DNA of 64,000 nt from Candidatus Cloacimonadota bacterium. GTDB lineage: Bacteria > Cloacimonadota > Cloacimonadia > Cloacimonadales > TCS61. The notes beneath the pieces were generated by a model. That model saw only the letters and a program-made list of their open reading frames with translations, had not been told where the DNA came from and did no database searches. The translations under genes were made by a program, and so were the position numbers. The stretch lies in contig JAGYMQ010000047.1 in the NCBI GenBank assembly GCA_018400535.1, positions 4,997-68,996 of the forward strand, written 5' to 3'. Positions 18,911 to 28,552 of the stretch are shown here, one piece after another; within the stretch, counting starts at the first letter, position 1; every line of letters begins with the position of its first letter.

Positions 18911-19714
18911 TTATTTTACGATCTTTTCTTTCAAGAAAAAATTGCATTTCTGGAAGATTTTATTCACTTTTTCTGAATTTGGTAAGACAGCTTTGATCTT
19001 TTCCAGGAATTTTCTTTCTGCGATTCTCTGAAAGGTAGGTAAAAAATTAATGTCAAAGATCCATGCTATTTGCAAAACTTTGAAATCATTGAAGTTGGAT
19101 AAATTTTCTGACTTCACGATCCGTTCCTGCATAATATCAGTAAAAACCGCAGCAGAAATTCCAGCCGTATCTGGCAATTCCAACTCGATCGCATCATTTT
19201 TTTCCGATTGAGCATAATAATCCGTTACAACTTTAAAAATATCCAATTTATCAGCATCGCGCAAAAGTCGGGAAAAAAAACGGATATTTTTATCTTGAAT
19301 CGGTGGCAATTCAGCCCGATTGTGATAGCGAATAGATTTGATGATCATTTCTTGAAGCTCTGGCTGAAATTCCATAAAAAGCTTTTCTTGTTGAATTATT
19401 TTGACACCCAATTTTGCGTGATCTTCCGATCTGCTATCTTTGAAAGTGCCATAATTTTTGAATTGGGTAAATCTGCCAATATCATGAAATAGGCCGATCA
19501 ATTCTGCACATAATATTTTTTGGAAAGGTAAATCCAATTTCTGTGCCAGCTCTTTGATCTCTTTCCTGACGCGACGCGAGTGCATTTCCTTCATTTTGAT
19601 GTTCTTTTGAAAATAGGGATCATGGTTTTGTTTGAATCTGGCCAGATAATCAGAAAACCAGTTTTCATATTCAGCGATCTTTTTCTCCGATAAATCCATA
19701 AAAAAATTTTCCAT
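18911..19714 (-). CDS. HD-domain metal-dependent phosphohydrolase
   Basis: Motifs are LIGLFHDIGRF, HAKLGVKII and RDADKLD. The track ORF extends to a TTG at 19852. I prefer the first ATG (MENFFMDLSEKK) at 19714. Confidence 0.75.
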   Translation of the reverse strand: MENFFMDLSEKKIAEYENWFSDYLARFKQNHDPYFQKNIKMKEMHSRRVRKEIKELAQKLDLPFQKILCAELIGLFHDIGRFTQFKNYGTFKDSRSEDHAKLGVKIIQQEKLFMEFQPELQEMIIKSIRYHNRAELPPIQDKNIRFFSRLLRDADKLDIFKVVTDYYAQSEKNDAIELELPDTAGISAAVFTDIMQERIVKSENLSNFNDFKVLQIAWIFDINFLPTFQRIAERKFLEKIKAVLPNSEKVNKIFQKCNFFLKEKIVK

Positions 19715-19916
19715 AAGATATTTTTCTCTCGTTTTTTGAACAAAGTTTTTTTCCAAAGAATGTTTGTAAAGTCTATTTGATCTTTTTCCAGGATTGAGGA
19801 AAAATGAACTACATAAAGCAAAGTTTGGATTGAACAAAAAAAAATTCGACAAAAATATCAGCTCGATTCAAATTGCAATAAGATCATAATTAAAATAAAA
19901 ATTGAGTTGAAATCGC

Positions 19917-22232
19917 TTGCTCAGAAAAGAGGTTGTTTTGAAAAAAAAATTAGATGAAAAGCTGATCGCTGTTTTATCAGCAAAAAATCTTTCGCTATCC
20001 CAAAAAATTAATAATTTAGAAACGATCGATGCTGATTTTCATAACAAAAAAATTTTCCAGAATTTTAGTTCAGCACTCGAATCTCTACCTACAAAAAAGC
20101 ACAAACTTTTGCCAATCATCGGTTATATCCATTATCAAAAAAAAGATTTTGAGCAAGCTATCGATTTTTTGGAAAATTCGCTCAAGCTTCACCAACAAAT
20201 TATCTCTGATAAAATCAGAACAGATATTCTGGAAAAGCTGTCAAATATCTATGAGATCAAGAAAGAAAAAGAAAACTCCGTGCGGATCTTGCAAGAAGGC
20301 TTGAAATTAACTGCAACAAATGACGATAAAAAAGGTGAATTATTTTTCAGCAGCTGTTTGGGAACACACTACTTACAGATACGAGATTTCAAGCGTGCTA
20401 TGCATTATCACAAAAGATCACTCGAGATCAGCATCGAATTGAAGGATCGCAAAAAAGAATCTGTCTGTTTGAATCATATTGGCGTCGTCTATTACACGAT
20501 CGAAAATTATGAAAAAGCACTGGAATATATTTTAAGATCTTTTGAACTCCGCAAGAAAGGAGAAAACAAACATTATCTGGGAAATTCTTTGAATAATATC
20601 GGTGTGATCTATCAACATCTGGAGAAATTTGAAAAATCGGTAGAAGTCATTGAAAAAGCGTTGAAAATCCATGAATCGATCAATAACAAAGAAGGCATCT
20701 CTACTTCTTTGAATAATCTGGGCACTGCTTATGATCGATTGGAAAAATTTGAAAAAGCACTTCAATGCCATTTAAAAAATCTGGCACTTCGCCAAGAAAT
20801 TGATGATAAATCCAGAATTCTCTCGTCAATGAGCAATATTGGCAATGTCTATAAAAATTCTGGTGATTTCGCAAAAGCGCTTGAATATTATCAGCGTTCA
20901 CTAAACGATTTCACAGACTATCTCACAGATGCAGATAAAGTTATCTTATATACAAATTTAGGTAGCGTTTATATGGAATTGCAAAATTATCAGAAGGCAG
21001 AAAAGTTTTTTTTGGCAGGAGAAAAGATCGCTGAGAAAATAGATTCAAAAGAATCGCTGAAATCTATTTACAATTATTTATCAGACCATTTTGAGCGCCT
21101 TCAGGAACACAAACAATCTCTAAAATATTTCAAGAAATATACTCAATTGAAAGATGAATTTCATCAAAAGCATACCAGTAAAAAAATTCTGGAATTGCAA
21201 TTAAATTTCGAAATTGAGCAACAAGAAAAAGAACACGAGATCAATAAACTAAAAAAGTTCAGCAACAAATATTCTTTGATCAATAAAGATCTGGAACAAC
21301 GGATCGAAAAAGAATTTTTGGGAGAAAGCAAAGCTATCCGATCGATCATCAAAGAAACTCTGAATGTGGCAAAATATAAGGATACAAACGTGATCATTAC
21401 AGGCGAAAGTGGAACTGGTAAAGAGATCATCGCTCGTATCATTCATCACGCCAGCGTTAGAAAAAGCTATGGTTTCTATCCAATAAACTGCACAGCAATT
21501 CCTGACACCTTATTGGAAAGCGAATTTTTTGGACATAAAAAAGGAAGTTTTACAAATGCGATAAATGATAAAAAAGGGTTCTTTGAATTAGCGCATAAGG
21601 GAACATTATTTTTGGATGAAATCGCTGATATGCCATTAAATTTACAGGCAAAATTATTGCGTGTGCTCGAAGAAAAAAAGCTAAAAAAATTGGGAGATGA
21701 AAAAGAAATTTTTATTGACGTCCGCATTATCGCAGCTTCCAATCGAGATATCGAAAAATTAGTGGAAAAAGAAAAATTTAGATTAGACCTTTATCATCGA
21801 ATAAATACCCTTATAATTAATATTCCTCCTTTGCGCCAAAGACCAGAGGATATTCAGCCATTGTTAAATTATTTCATCGAAAAATTTAAACATAAATTCA
21901 ATATTCCCGAGTTGAAAATTGATAATAATCTGCTAGATCATCTTCATCATTATAATTTTCCTGGCAATGTGCGAGAGCTGAAAAATCTCGTCGAACGAGC
22001 TTTGATCATCTGTGATAATAACATTTTGGATAGCAGTTGTTTTCCGATCTTGACAGCAAAAGAACAAGCTCAGGAATTCACAGACCTAAATATCAAAAAA
22101 AATGAAGAACAACTCATTCGCTCCGCTTTAGAAAAAACTGGCAATAATCAGACTAAAGCAGCAAAAATTCTCGGTATCTCTCGTCATACTTTAATGAGAA
22201 GAATTGCTGAAATGAGAAAATCAAGAACCTAA
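19917..22232 (+). CDS. Sigma-54-dependent transcriptional activator with an N-terminal TPR array (no receiver, PAS or GAF domain)
   Basis: 771 aa. TPR-like repeats span roughly residues 60-400 (…YEKALEYILRSFELRKK…, …FEKALQCHLKNLALRQE…, …FAKALEYYQRSLN…). AAA+ core: GESGTGKE, ESEFFGHKKGSFTNA (GAFTGA-loop variant), LFLDEI. C-terminal HTH is NQTKAAKILGISRHTLMRRI. It starts with TTG; a second TTG at 19938 has AGAGG upstream. Confidence 0.9.
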   Translation: MLRKEVVLKKKLDEKLIAVLSAKNLSLSQKINNLETIDADFHNKKIFQNFSSALESLPTKKHKLLPIIGYIHYQKKDFEQAIDFLENSLKLHQQIISDKIRTDILEKLSNIYEIKKEKENSVRILQEGLKLTATNDDKKGELFFSSCLGTHYLQIRDFKRAMHYHKRSLEISIELKDRKKESVCLNHIGVVYYTIENYEKALEYILRSFELRKKGENKHYLGNSLNNIGVIYQHLEKFEKSVEVIEKALKIHESINNKEGISTSLNNLGTAYDRLEKFEKALQCHLKNLALRQEIDDKSRILSSMSNIGNVYKNSGDFAKALEYYQRSLNDFTDYLTDADKVILYTNLGSVYMELQNYQKAEKFFLAGEKIAEKIDSKESLKSIYNYLSDHFERLQEHKQSLKYFKKYTQLKDEFHQKHTSKKILELQLNFEIEQQEKEHEINKLKKFSNKYSLINKDLEQRIEKEFLGESKAIRSIIKETLNVAKYKDTNVIITGESGTGKEIIARIIHHASVRKSYGFYPINCTAIPDTLLESEFFGHKKGSFTNAINDKKGFFELAHKGTLFLDEIADMPLNLQAKLLRVLEEKKLKKLGDEKEIFIDVRIIAASNRDIEKLVEKEKFRLDLYHRINTLIINIPPLRQRPEDIQPLLNYFIEKFKHKFNIPELKIDNNLLDHLHHYNFPGNVRELKNLVERALIICDNNILDSSCFPILTAKEQAQEFTDLNIKKNEEQLIRSALEKTGNNQTKAAKILGISRHTLMRRIAEMRKSRT

Positions 22233-22260
22233 TTTTTCAATCGCTGATATTTGTTTAAAA

Positions 22261-22899
22261 TCAATTATCCTTCCAGAAATATTTGTGTAATTGGATTTGG
22301 AATCTTATCGGAAGCTTATCAGCAATGATCCAATCAGCCAAAAAATGAGGTTCCAAAATTTCTGAAACTGGTGAAAAAATAATCCGATATTCAAAAATTT
22401 TAAATCGAAAAATAAATTTTTTCGCCCATTCATAATCCCATTTATTTGTGATGACAAATTTGATCTCGTCCTTTTCAGGATCGATGAAGCGAAAATTTTC
22501 CATCAAAAAACTGCCTTCTTCCCCACTTTCAGGGCATTTAACATCGACAATCTTGATAACATAATCCGGAACTTTTTCCAGACTGAGTGAGCCGTTTGTT
22601 TCCAATAAAAGCGTGAACTTTTTTTGGTGTAAAGCATGAAATAGCATGTAAACTTCATCTTGTAAAAGCGGTTCTCCACCAGTGATCTCAACCAGATTTA
22701 CCGGCGAATATTCTTCGATCTTTTCAATTATTTCATCAACCGAAAGTCCAAATTTTGTTTCAAAAGCAAAAGTTGTATCGCAATAATTGCAGCGCAGATT
22801 GCAGCCAGCCAATCGAATAAAAAGACAGGGAAATCCAGCGAAACTTGATTCACCTTGCAAACTATAAAAGATCTCAGCCAGATCTAATTTTTTGTTCAT
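22261..22899 (-). CDS. queE: 7-carboxy-7-deazaguanine synthase (radical SAM)
   Basis: 212 aa. IFYSLQGESSFAGFPCLFIRLAGCNLRCNYCDT contains the CxxxCxxC cluster motif. The size and N-terminus are typical of QueE. Confidence 0.88.
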   Translation of the reverse strand: MNKKLDLAEIFYSLQGESSFAGFPCLFIRLAGCNLRCNYCDTTFAFETKFGLSVDEIIEKIEEYSPVNLVEITGGEPLLQDEVYMLFHALHQKKFTLLLETNGSLSLEKVPDYVIKIVDVKCPESGEEGSFLMENFRFIDPEKDEIKFVITNKWDYEWAKKFIFRFKIFEYRIIFSPVSEILEPHFLADWIIADKLPIRFQIQLHKYFWKDN

Positions 22900-22938
22900 C
22901 GAAAAAAATCTTTTTTCTACATTTTCTGCGGAAAAAAC

Positions 22939-24138
22939 TCAAAAAGGTAAGAAAGGAAAATCTTTTTTGTAACCCAATTTTTGATTGATCCTTTTCAACA
23001 CTTTTTCAGGATGTCCGATCACAAAACGATCTTTGCCAAAGAAATAGTAATTTTCTGGATTGATCTCGAAATTAGATAAAAATTCTCTGTTGCCATAAAT
23101 TGGAATTCCTTGATAAACAAAAAGTTGGATGTCATTAATATCAGATTCAAGCAAGTTTGCAAAAGGATCTTCTGATCTTTTTTTCATTATCAACAAATCA
23201 GGATTTTCTTCTGTAAGTTTGCCAAAATGATCTTCCAGCATCAAAGCTCTTTTCGCATTTACCGTTACCATTTTAAAAAGTTCTTTCGGATCAATCTCGG
23301 GAAAAGCGCGAGCTGCAATATTCATTTCGGTGAGAATATTCAAGCTTCCTGTCATTGTGGAATCTGTGCCTAACACAATGTTCGTTCCATATTCCAAACA
23401 GGATTCGACATCCAAAGTTTCTCCGATCAGATAAAAATTTGAATCTGGACACCAGCAGATGGAAGTTCCAGTTTCAGAACAGGTTTTAATTTCTTCCTTC
23501 GTGAGCGCAATGCCATGAATTAGCATCGTATTATTTTGCAATAAACCCTGTTCCCGTAAAATTGAAAAACTTTTCCGGGCAGAATCATCTTTGCCTTCAG
23601 CCAGATGGATGATGAAGGGGATTTTCCCTTTTGTTCTTTCCCACTCACTTTTTGCTTTACTACCACCCCACCAGTTTCCCATCGAAATGGAATGACATTG
23701 CATATAGTTTTGGAGAACTGTGATCGGATTATTTTGATAATAATCTGCTTTCTGATTTGGAATATGATCTTGAACCACAGCACAACCAGAGCAGATATTT
23801 TTGTAAAGTCCCAACTGAATTATCAAATTCGCGTCAGGATCGGTCAGATCAAAATTTCCGTCATTAACCCAAATTTTTTTTCTTTCTTCGACAGATTTGG
23901 ATTTGACCATTTCTTTCACCCATTGGCTGGCATTATCATATCTGTGACCAAAACCCGCTTTGGGATACCAATCGCTGATAAAATGATCGTGGGAATTGAT
24001 GAAAGGTGGATATGCGATCAAATCTGGATGATTGATCTTTCTGGATTTGGATAATGAACTCTGTAATTTTACTGTGGCATTTTTCTTTACTGAGCCGGAA
24101 TTCAGAACACAATAATCAACTTTTATTTCCATGATCAC
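22939..24138 (-). CDS. Amidohydrolase-superfamily metal-dependent hydrolase
   Basis: 399 aa. N-terminal HxH motif (NSHDHF), with later H and D residues (LIHG, GTDS). The start is either GTG at 24138, overlapping the upstream stop, or ATG at 24132. Confidence 0.7.
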   Translation of the reverse strand: MIMEIKVDYCVLNSGSVKKNATVKLQSSLSKSRKINHPDLIAYPPFINSHDHFISDWYPKAGFGHRYDNASQWVKEMVKSKSVEERKKIWVNDGNFDLTDPDANLIIQLGLYKNICSGCAVVQDHIPNQKADYYQNNPITVLQNYMQCHSISMGNWWGGSKAKSEWERTKGKIPFIIHLAEGKDDSARKSFSILREQGLLQNNTMLIHGIALTKEEIKTCSETGTSICWCPDSNFYLIGETLDVESCLEYGTNIVLGTDSTMTGSLNILTEMNIAARAFPEIDPKELFKMVTVNAKRALMLEDHFGKLTEENPDLLIMKKRSEDPFANLLESDINDIQLFVYQGIPIYGNREFLSNFEINPENYYFFGKDRFVIGHPEKVLKRINQKLGYKKDFPFLPF

Positions 24139-25310
24139 AATTTCTTAATTAGTGCAGGCACGACTTCAAAGAGATCACCAACGAGGCCAAGATCTGCCAC
24201 TTTAAAGATGGGCGCATCAGCATCTTTATTTATAGCAATGATATAATCTGATGATTGCATCCCGGCAAGATGTTGGATAGCTCCAGAAATTCCTACCGCA
24301 ATATAGATCTTCGGTTTGATCGTCTTTCCAGTTTGACCAACTTGATGCGGATAGGCTATCCATTCTGAATCGACAGCAGCTCGTGAAGCACCGACGGCTG
24401 CATCCAATTTCTCTGCCAATTCTTCGAGTAATGCAAAATTTTCTTTTTTCTTCAATCCTCTGCCACCGGAGATGACAAAATCTGCTTCTGTAAGATTGAT
24501 TGTTTGCGTATCATCATGAATAAATTCCAGATATTTTGAAGAATCATCTAAGTCAGAGAAATCAATTTTTTCAGTAATGATCTCACCTTTTCTATTTTCA
24601 TCTTTGACAGCTGGATCCATCACTTTATGTCTAACTGTCGCCATTTGTGGTAAATGATCAGGCGTGATGATCGTTGCCATTATGTTTCCGCCAAAAGCGG
24701 GCCTTGTCTGCAAAAGTCCGCCGCTCTCTTCGTCGATCTCCAGACTTGTGCAATCAGCCGTCAAGCCAGTGTGCAGATCAATCGCCACGCGCGGAATAAA
24801 AGATCTTCCTGTAACCGTAGCTCCCGATAAAATAATCTCAGGATTGTATTTTTGTGCGAGCAAGGTAAGAGCTCTGGCATAGGAAAGATCAAGAAAATTT
24901 TCCAGTTTTGGATGATCAACTACAAAAACTTTATCCGCCCCAAAATTGATAAGTTCATCGGCAAGCGGTTTGATCTTATTTCCCAGCAAAACAGCACCGA
25001 GATAGGTTTCCTTTTTCTGAGCTAATTCTTTTCCCTTTCCCAGTAATTCGTAAACAACAGGAGCTAATTCTTTGTTCTTTTGTTCAGCAAATATCCAGAT
25101 ACCTTCATATTTATTTCTATCAATTTTATGATGTCCAAATTTCCTGATAATGATCGCATCAAAAGAGCAAGCACTGACACAAGCACCACAAAGCGTGCAC
25201 TTGTCCATATCGATCTCTGCGAGCTTATCTACCATGACAATAGCATCATAGGCACATGCTTTCACACATACGCCACAGCCTACACATTTTTCCTTAATAA
25301 CTTCAATCAT
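24135..25310 (-). CDS. etfA: Electron-transfer flavoprotein alpha subunit (EtfA/FixB) with an N-terminal 2x[4Fe-4S] ferredoxin domain
   Basis: 391 aa. Two CxxCxxCxxxC motifs (CVGCGVCVKAC, CTLCGACVSAC). The EtfA signature is GASRAAVDSEWIAYPHQVGQTGKTIKPKIYIAVGISGAIQHLAGM. Confidence 0.9.
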   Translation of the reverse strand: MIEVIKEKCVGCGVCVKACAYDAIVMVDKLAEIDMDKCTLCGACVSACSFDAIIIRKFGHHKIDRNKYEGIWIFAEQKNKELAPVVYELLGKGKELAQKKETYLGAVLLGNKIKPLADELINFGADKVFVVDHPKLENFLDLSYARALTLLAQKYNPEIILSGATVTGRSFIPRVAIDLHTGLTADCTSLEIDEESGGLLQTRPAFGGNIMATIITPDHLPQMATVRHKVMDPAVKDENRKGEIITEKIDFSDLDDSSKYLEFIHDDTQTINLTEADFVISGGRGLKKKENFALLEELAEKLDAAVGASRAAVDSEWIAYPHQVGQTGKTIKPKIYIAVGISGAIQHLAGMQSSDYIIAINKDADAPIFKVADLGLVGDLFEVVPALIKKL

Positions 25311-25665
25311 TCCTGTCCCTCTAAAAAATGTTTGATTTTACATAAATTTTGCAATAAATTGAGTCAAGTTTTAAAATTTATTTTTGCTTCAATTCTCCAA
25401 AAATATCAAAAAAAATACGTTTTGAAATTTCCAATCGATAAAATTTTTTAAAAACAAGATCAGAAATAGAAGCAAAATGTGGTCTTCTCTTTCTGAACTT
25501 TGATCAAACAGCATTGATCAAAAGAATACAAAAAAATGTTTGGAATTTTTCTGAAAATTAATTCTGCATTATCTGGTAAACAATATATTTTCTTGACTCT
25601 TGGATTACACGTGATAATAAAGGAAACGAGTTTGTTAAGAATTAATTCTGTGAGGAGAATAGAAA

Positions 25666-28176
25666 ATGATTTTTAAAAAATACTTTTCTGCTTTAATTTT
25701 TTTATTGATCCATTCAATGTTTCTATTTTCCTCACAAGCTGAAAAAACGATCAAAGTTGGAGTTTACGATAATTATCCTAAAGTGATCCTAACCGAAGCT
25801 GGTGAGATCAAAGGGATATTTCCAGAAATCCTGGAAATTATTGCTCACAAACAAAACTGGAAACTTGATTTTGTTACAGGTTCCTGGAGTGAAGGATTGC
25901 AACGTTTGAAAAATGGCGAGATCGATATCATGGTTGATGTCGCTTTATCGGAAAAAAGGCGGAAAATATATGATTTCAACAATATCTCTGTCTTGCTCAG
26001 TTGGGGTCGAATTTACACAACTCCCGATGAAGAAATAAATTCCATCATTGCTTTGGAAGGAAAAACGATCGCGGTGATGAAAAACAGCATTCTTACTAAT
26101 GGTGAAGATGGAATTTACAGTCTGATAAAAAAATACGAAGTGGACTGTGAATTTCAGGAAGTGAAAGATTATTATCAAGTTTTTGAGCTATTGGACAAAA
26201 AAAAGGTCGATGCTGGCATTGTGAATCGTCAATTCGGTGCAGCTTTTGAAGATAAATATATCGTAAAAAAAAGTGATTTCCTGTTTTATCCTACCCCGCT
26301 CCGCTATGCCTTTTCCAAAGATGCTGATCACAACGACTATTTGATCGAAAAGATAGATGACAATCTGGACAAAATGAAAAAGAATATGAACTCAGAATAC
26401 TACCAAATCTTGACCAACTATAATCTTTATCCAAAAAAAAAATTACCGCCTTTAATTATTCCAATGATCCTTGGTCTCTTTGGATTGATCATTATTTTAC
26501 TCATTCTTTACAAAGGCCTAAAATGGCAGATCAAGAAACAAACGCAGATGCTCAAAACTACAAATTTAGAATTAAGAAAGGAAATTGAAAACCATCGACA
26601 AACTTATAAAAAATTAAAGCAAAGCAGGGAAAATTATCGTAATTTTGTAGAAAATATTCCTGGAATAGTTTTTATGTATGATCAAGATGAATCTGGTAAT
26701 CGCACTCCGATCATACATTCCCAACGCTATAAAACATTTTTTGGGGAAAAAATCGCCGAAGAGATCAAAAAAGATTACAATAAATTCTTCGAATATATCG
26801 TACCAGAAGATCGAAAAAGACTTCAACAATTTTCTAATGATATATCAAATTATATAAAAAATTTGGATATTGAATATCGAATCAGAATTGCCGAAGATAA
26901 AATTAATTGGTTCAGGTCTATTGGCAAAGTCAAAAAATTGGCAAATGGAAAATATCGCTGGCAGGGTGTGCTCCTTGACGTGGAAGCAAAGAAAAAGGCA
27001 GAAGAAGCTCTTGAATTAGCAGCTTTTCAGTGGCAAACAACTTTTGACTCTTCTCATGACGTAATATTTTTATTGGACAAAGATCAAAAAGTCTTACAGG
27101 CAAACAAAGCTTCCAAAGAAATTTTTGGTTTCGATTCTGAAGAAGATTCAAAAAAATATTGTTACGAAATTATTCATAACTCGCATGAACCAATCCCAGA
27201 TTGTCCTTTCACCCGCATGAAAAAATCGGGAAAAAGAGAAACAAAGGAATTAGAATTGGAAAATGGTGTGTGGCTATTGATCACTATCGATCCAATTCTG
27301 GACGAAAATGAAAACCTCGTGGGTGCAGTCCATAATGTTCGTGAGATCACAGAAAGAAAAAAAGCTGAACAAAAATTACATTTATACCGCACCGATCTGG
27401 AAAAATTGGTAAGACAGCGCACGAAAGATCTGGAGCAAAAAACAAGTGAATTGGAAAAAGCAAATCGTGAATTGCTCGAAGCTGATAAACTGAAATCCAT
27501 TTTCCTCGCAAGTATGAGTCATGAATTGCGAACACCGCTAAATTCAATCATCGGATTCACGGGAATACTATTAATGGGAATGGTGGGAGATCTTTCAGAA
27601 GAGCAACGCAAACAACTGGAGATCGTGAAAAAAAGTGCAAATCATCTATTAGAACTGATCAATGATCTGTTGGATATATCCAAAATCGAATCGGGAAGAG
27701 TGCAGCTCTCACAGGAATTTTTCTCAATCAATGATTTAATCCAAAATGTGATTGAATCTCTTCAACATACAGCAGCTGAAAAAGGCATTAAGATCAAACA
27801 AGATTTACCACAGAAGATCGAACAATATTCTGATCAAAGAAGAACAAAACAGATCATCATCAATTTGCTCAGTAATGCTGTAAAATTTACTGAAGAAGGC
27901 TATATCTCTATCACTGCCAAAAAAGTTGATGGTCACAAATTGGAAATAATCTTCGAAGACACAGGAATCGGAATTGAAACAAAAGACCTGAACAAACTTT
28001 TTGAACCTTTCCAACAAATCGATTCTTCTCTGACAAAAAAATATGATGGAAGTGGATTAGGCTTGCATCTAACCAAAAAGATCGTCGAACTTTTCAAAGG
28101 CTCTATCGAAGTGAAAAGTAAACCAGGCATTGGAACAAAATTTAAGGTTTTACTACCGTTATATGAGGGTAAATAA
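25666..28176 (+). CDS. Sensor histidine kinase with a periplasmic solute-binding (SBP_bac_3-like) domain, TM, PAS domains, HisKA and HATPase_c
   Basis: 836 aa. GAGGAG lies upstream. The signal/TM segment is followed by KVGVYDNYP...GEIDIMVD (amino-acid-binding-protein-like). H-box is SHELRTPLNSIIGF. C-terminal motifs are DTGIGI and GSGLGLHLTKKIV. Confidence 0.9.
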   Translation: MIFKKYFSALIFLLIHSMFLFSSQAEKTIKVGVYDNYPKVILTEAGEIKGIFPEILEIIAHKQNWKLDFVTGSWSEGLQRLKNGEIDIMVDVALSEKRRKIYDFNNISVLLSWGRIYTTPDEEINSIIALEGKTIAVMKNSILTNGEDGIYSLIKKYEVDCEFQEVKDYYQVFELLDKKKVDAGIVNRQFGAAFEDKYIVKKSDFLFYPTPLRYAFSKDADHNDYLIEKIDDNLDKMKKNMNSEYYQILTNYNLYPKKKLPPLIIPMILGLFGLIIILLILYKGLKWQIKKQTQMLKTTNLELRKEIENHRQTYKKLKQSRENYRNFVENIPGIVFMYDQDESGNRTPIIHSQRYKTFFGEKIAEEIKKDYNKFFEYIVPEDRKRLQQFSNDISNYIKNLDIEYRIRIAEDKINWFRSIGKVKKLANGKYRWQGVLLDVEAKKKAEEALELAAFQWQTTFDSSHDVIFLLDKDQKVLQANKASKEIFGFDSEEDSKKYCYEIIHNSHEPIPDCPFTRMKKSGKRETKELELENGVWLLITIDPILDENENLVGAVHNVREITERKKAEQKLHLYRTDLEKLVRQRTKDLEQKTSELEKANRELLEADKLKSIFLASMSHELRTPLNSIIGFTGILLMGMVGDLSEEQRKQLEIVKKSANHLLELINDLLDISKIESGRVQLSQEFFSINDLIQNVIESLQHTAAEKGIKIKQDLPQKIEQYSDQRRTKQIIINLLSNAVKFTEEGYISITAKKVDGHKLEIIFEDTGIGIETKDLNKLFEPFQQIDSSLTKKYDGSGLGLHLTKKIVELFKGSIEVKSKPGIGTKFKVLLPLYEGK

Positions 28177-28177
28177 T

Positions 28178-28552
28178 ATGAAGACAGTTTTGCTGGTCGA
28201 AGATAACGAAGCAAATCAATATCTGATCAGATTCATTTTGGAAAAGAATGGTCTGAAAGTCATCACCACAAAAAATGGTCTCAACGGAGTTAAAATAGCA
28301 TTGGAAAAACAACCAGAGCTTGTTATCATGGATGTTCAATTGCCAGACATCAACGGACTGAATGCCACCAGAAAGATCAGAGAGCATCCAGATGGTAAGG
28401 ATTTGAAGATAATAGCCCTCACCTCGTATGCAATGACGGGAGATCGCGATAAAGCACTGGCAGCGGGTTGCACAGGCTATATGGAAAAGCCGATAGATCC
28501 AAAGAATTTTATGATAGAGATAAAAAAATATCTATCAGAAGGAAGATCATGA
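28178..28552 (+). CDS. Stand-alone CheY-like receiver protein
   Basis: The ATG at 28178 is 2 nt after the kinase stop. Motifs are VLLVEDNEANQ, LVIMDVQLPDINGL and ALTSYAM. Confidence 0.85.
   Translation: MKTVLLVEDNEANQYLIRFILEKNGLKVITTKNGLNGVKIALEKQPELVIMDVQLPDINGLNATRKIREHPDGKDLKIIALTSYAMTGDRDKALAAGCTGYMEKPIDPKNFMIEIKKYLSEGRS

Noticed and set aside
26440-26451. An A10 homopolymer inside the sensor-kinase gene (and similar A8-A10/T8-T10 runs elsewhere) as phase-variation switches.
   Set aside because: Such runs encode Lys/Phe tracts, are frequent throughout this AT-rich sequence, and show no association with surface or restriction genes. There is no evidence for slippage from a single sequence.
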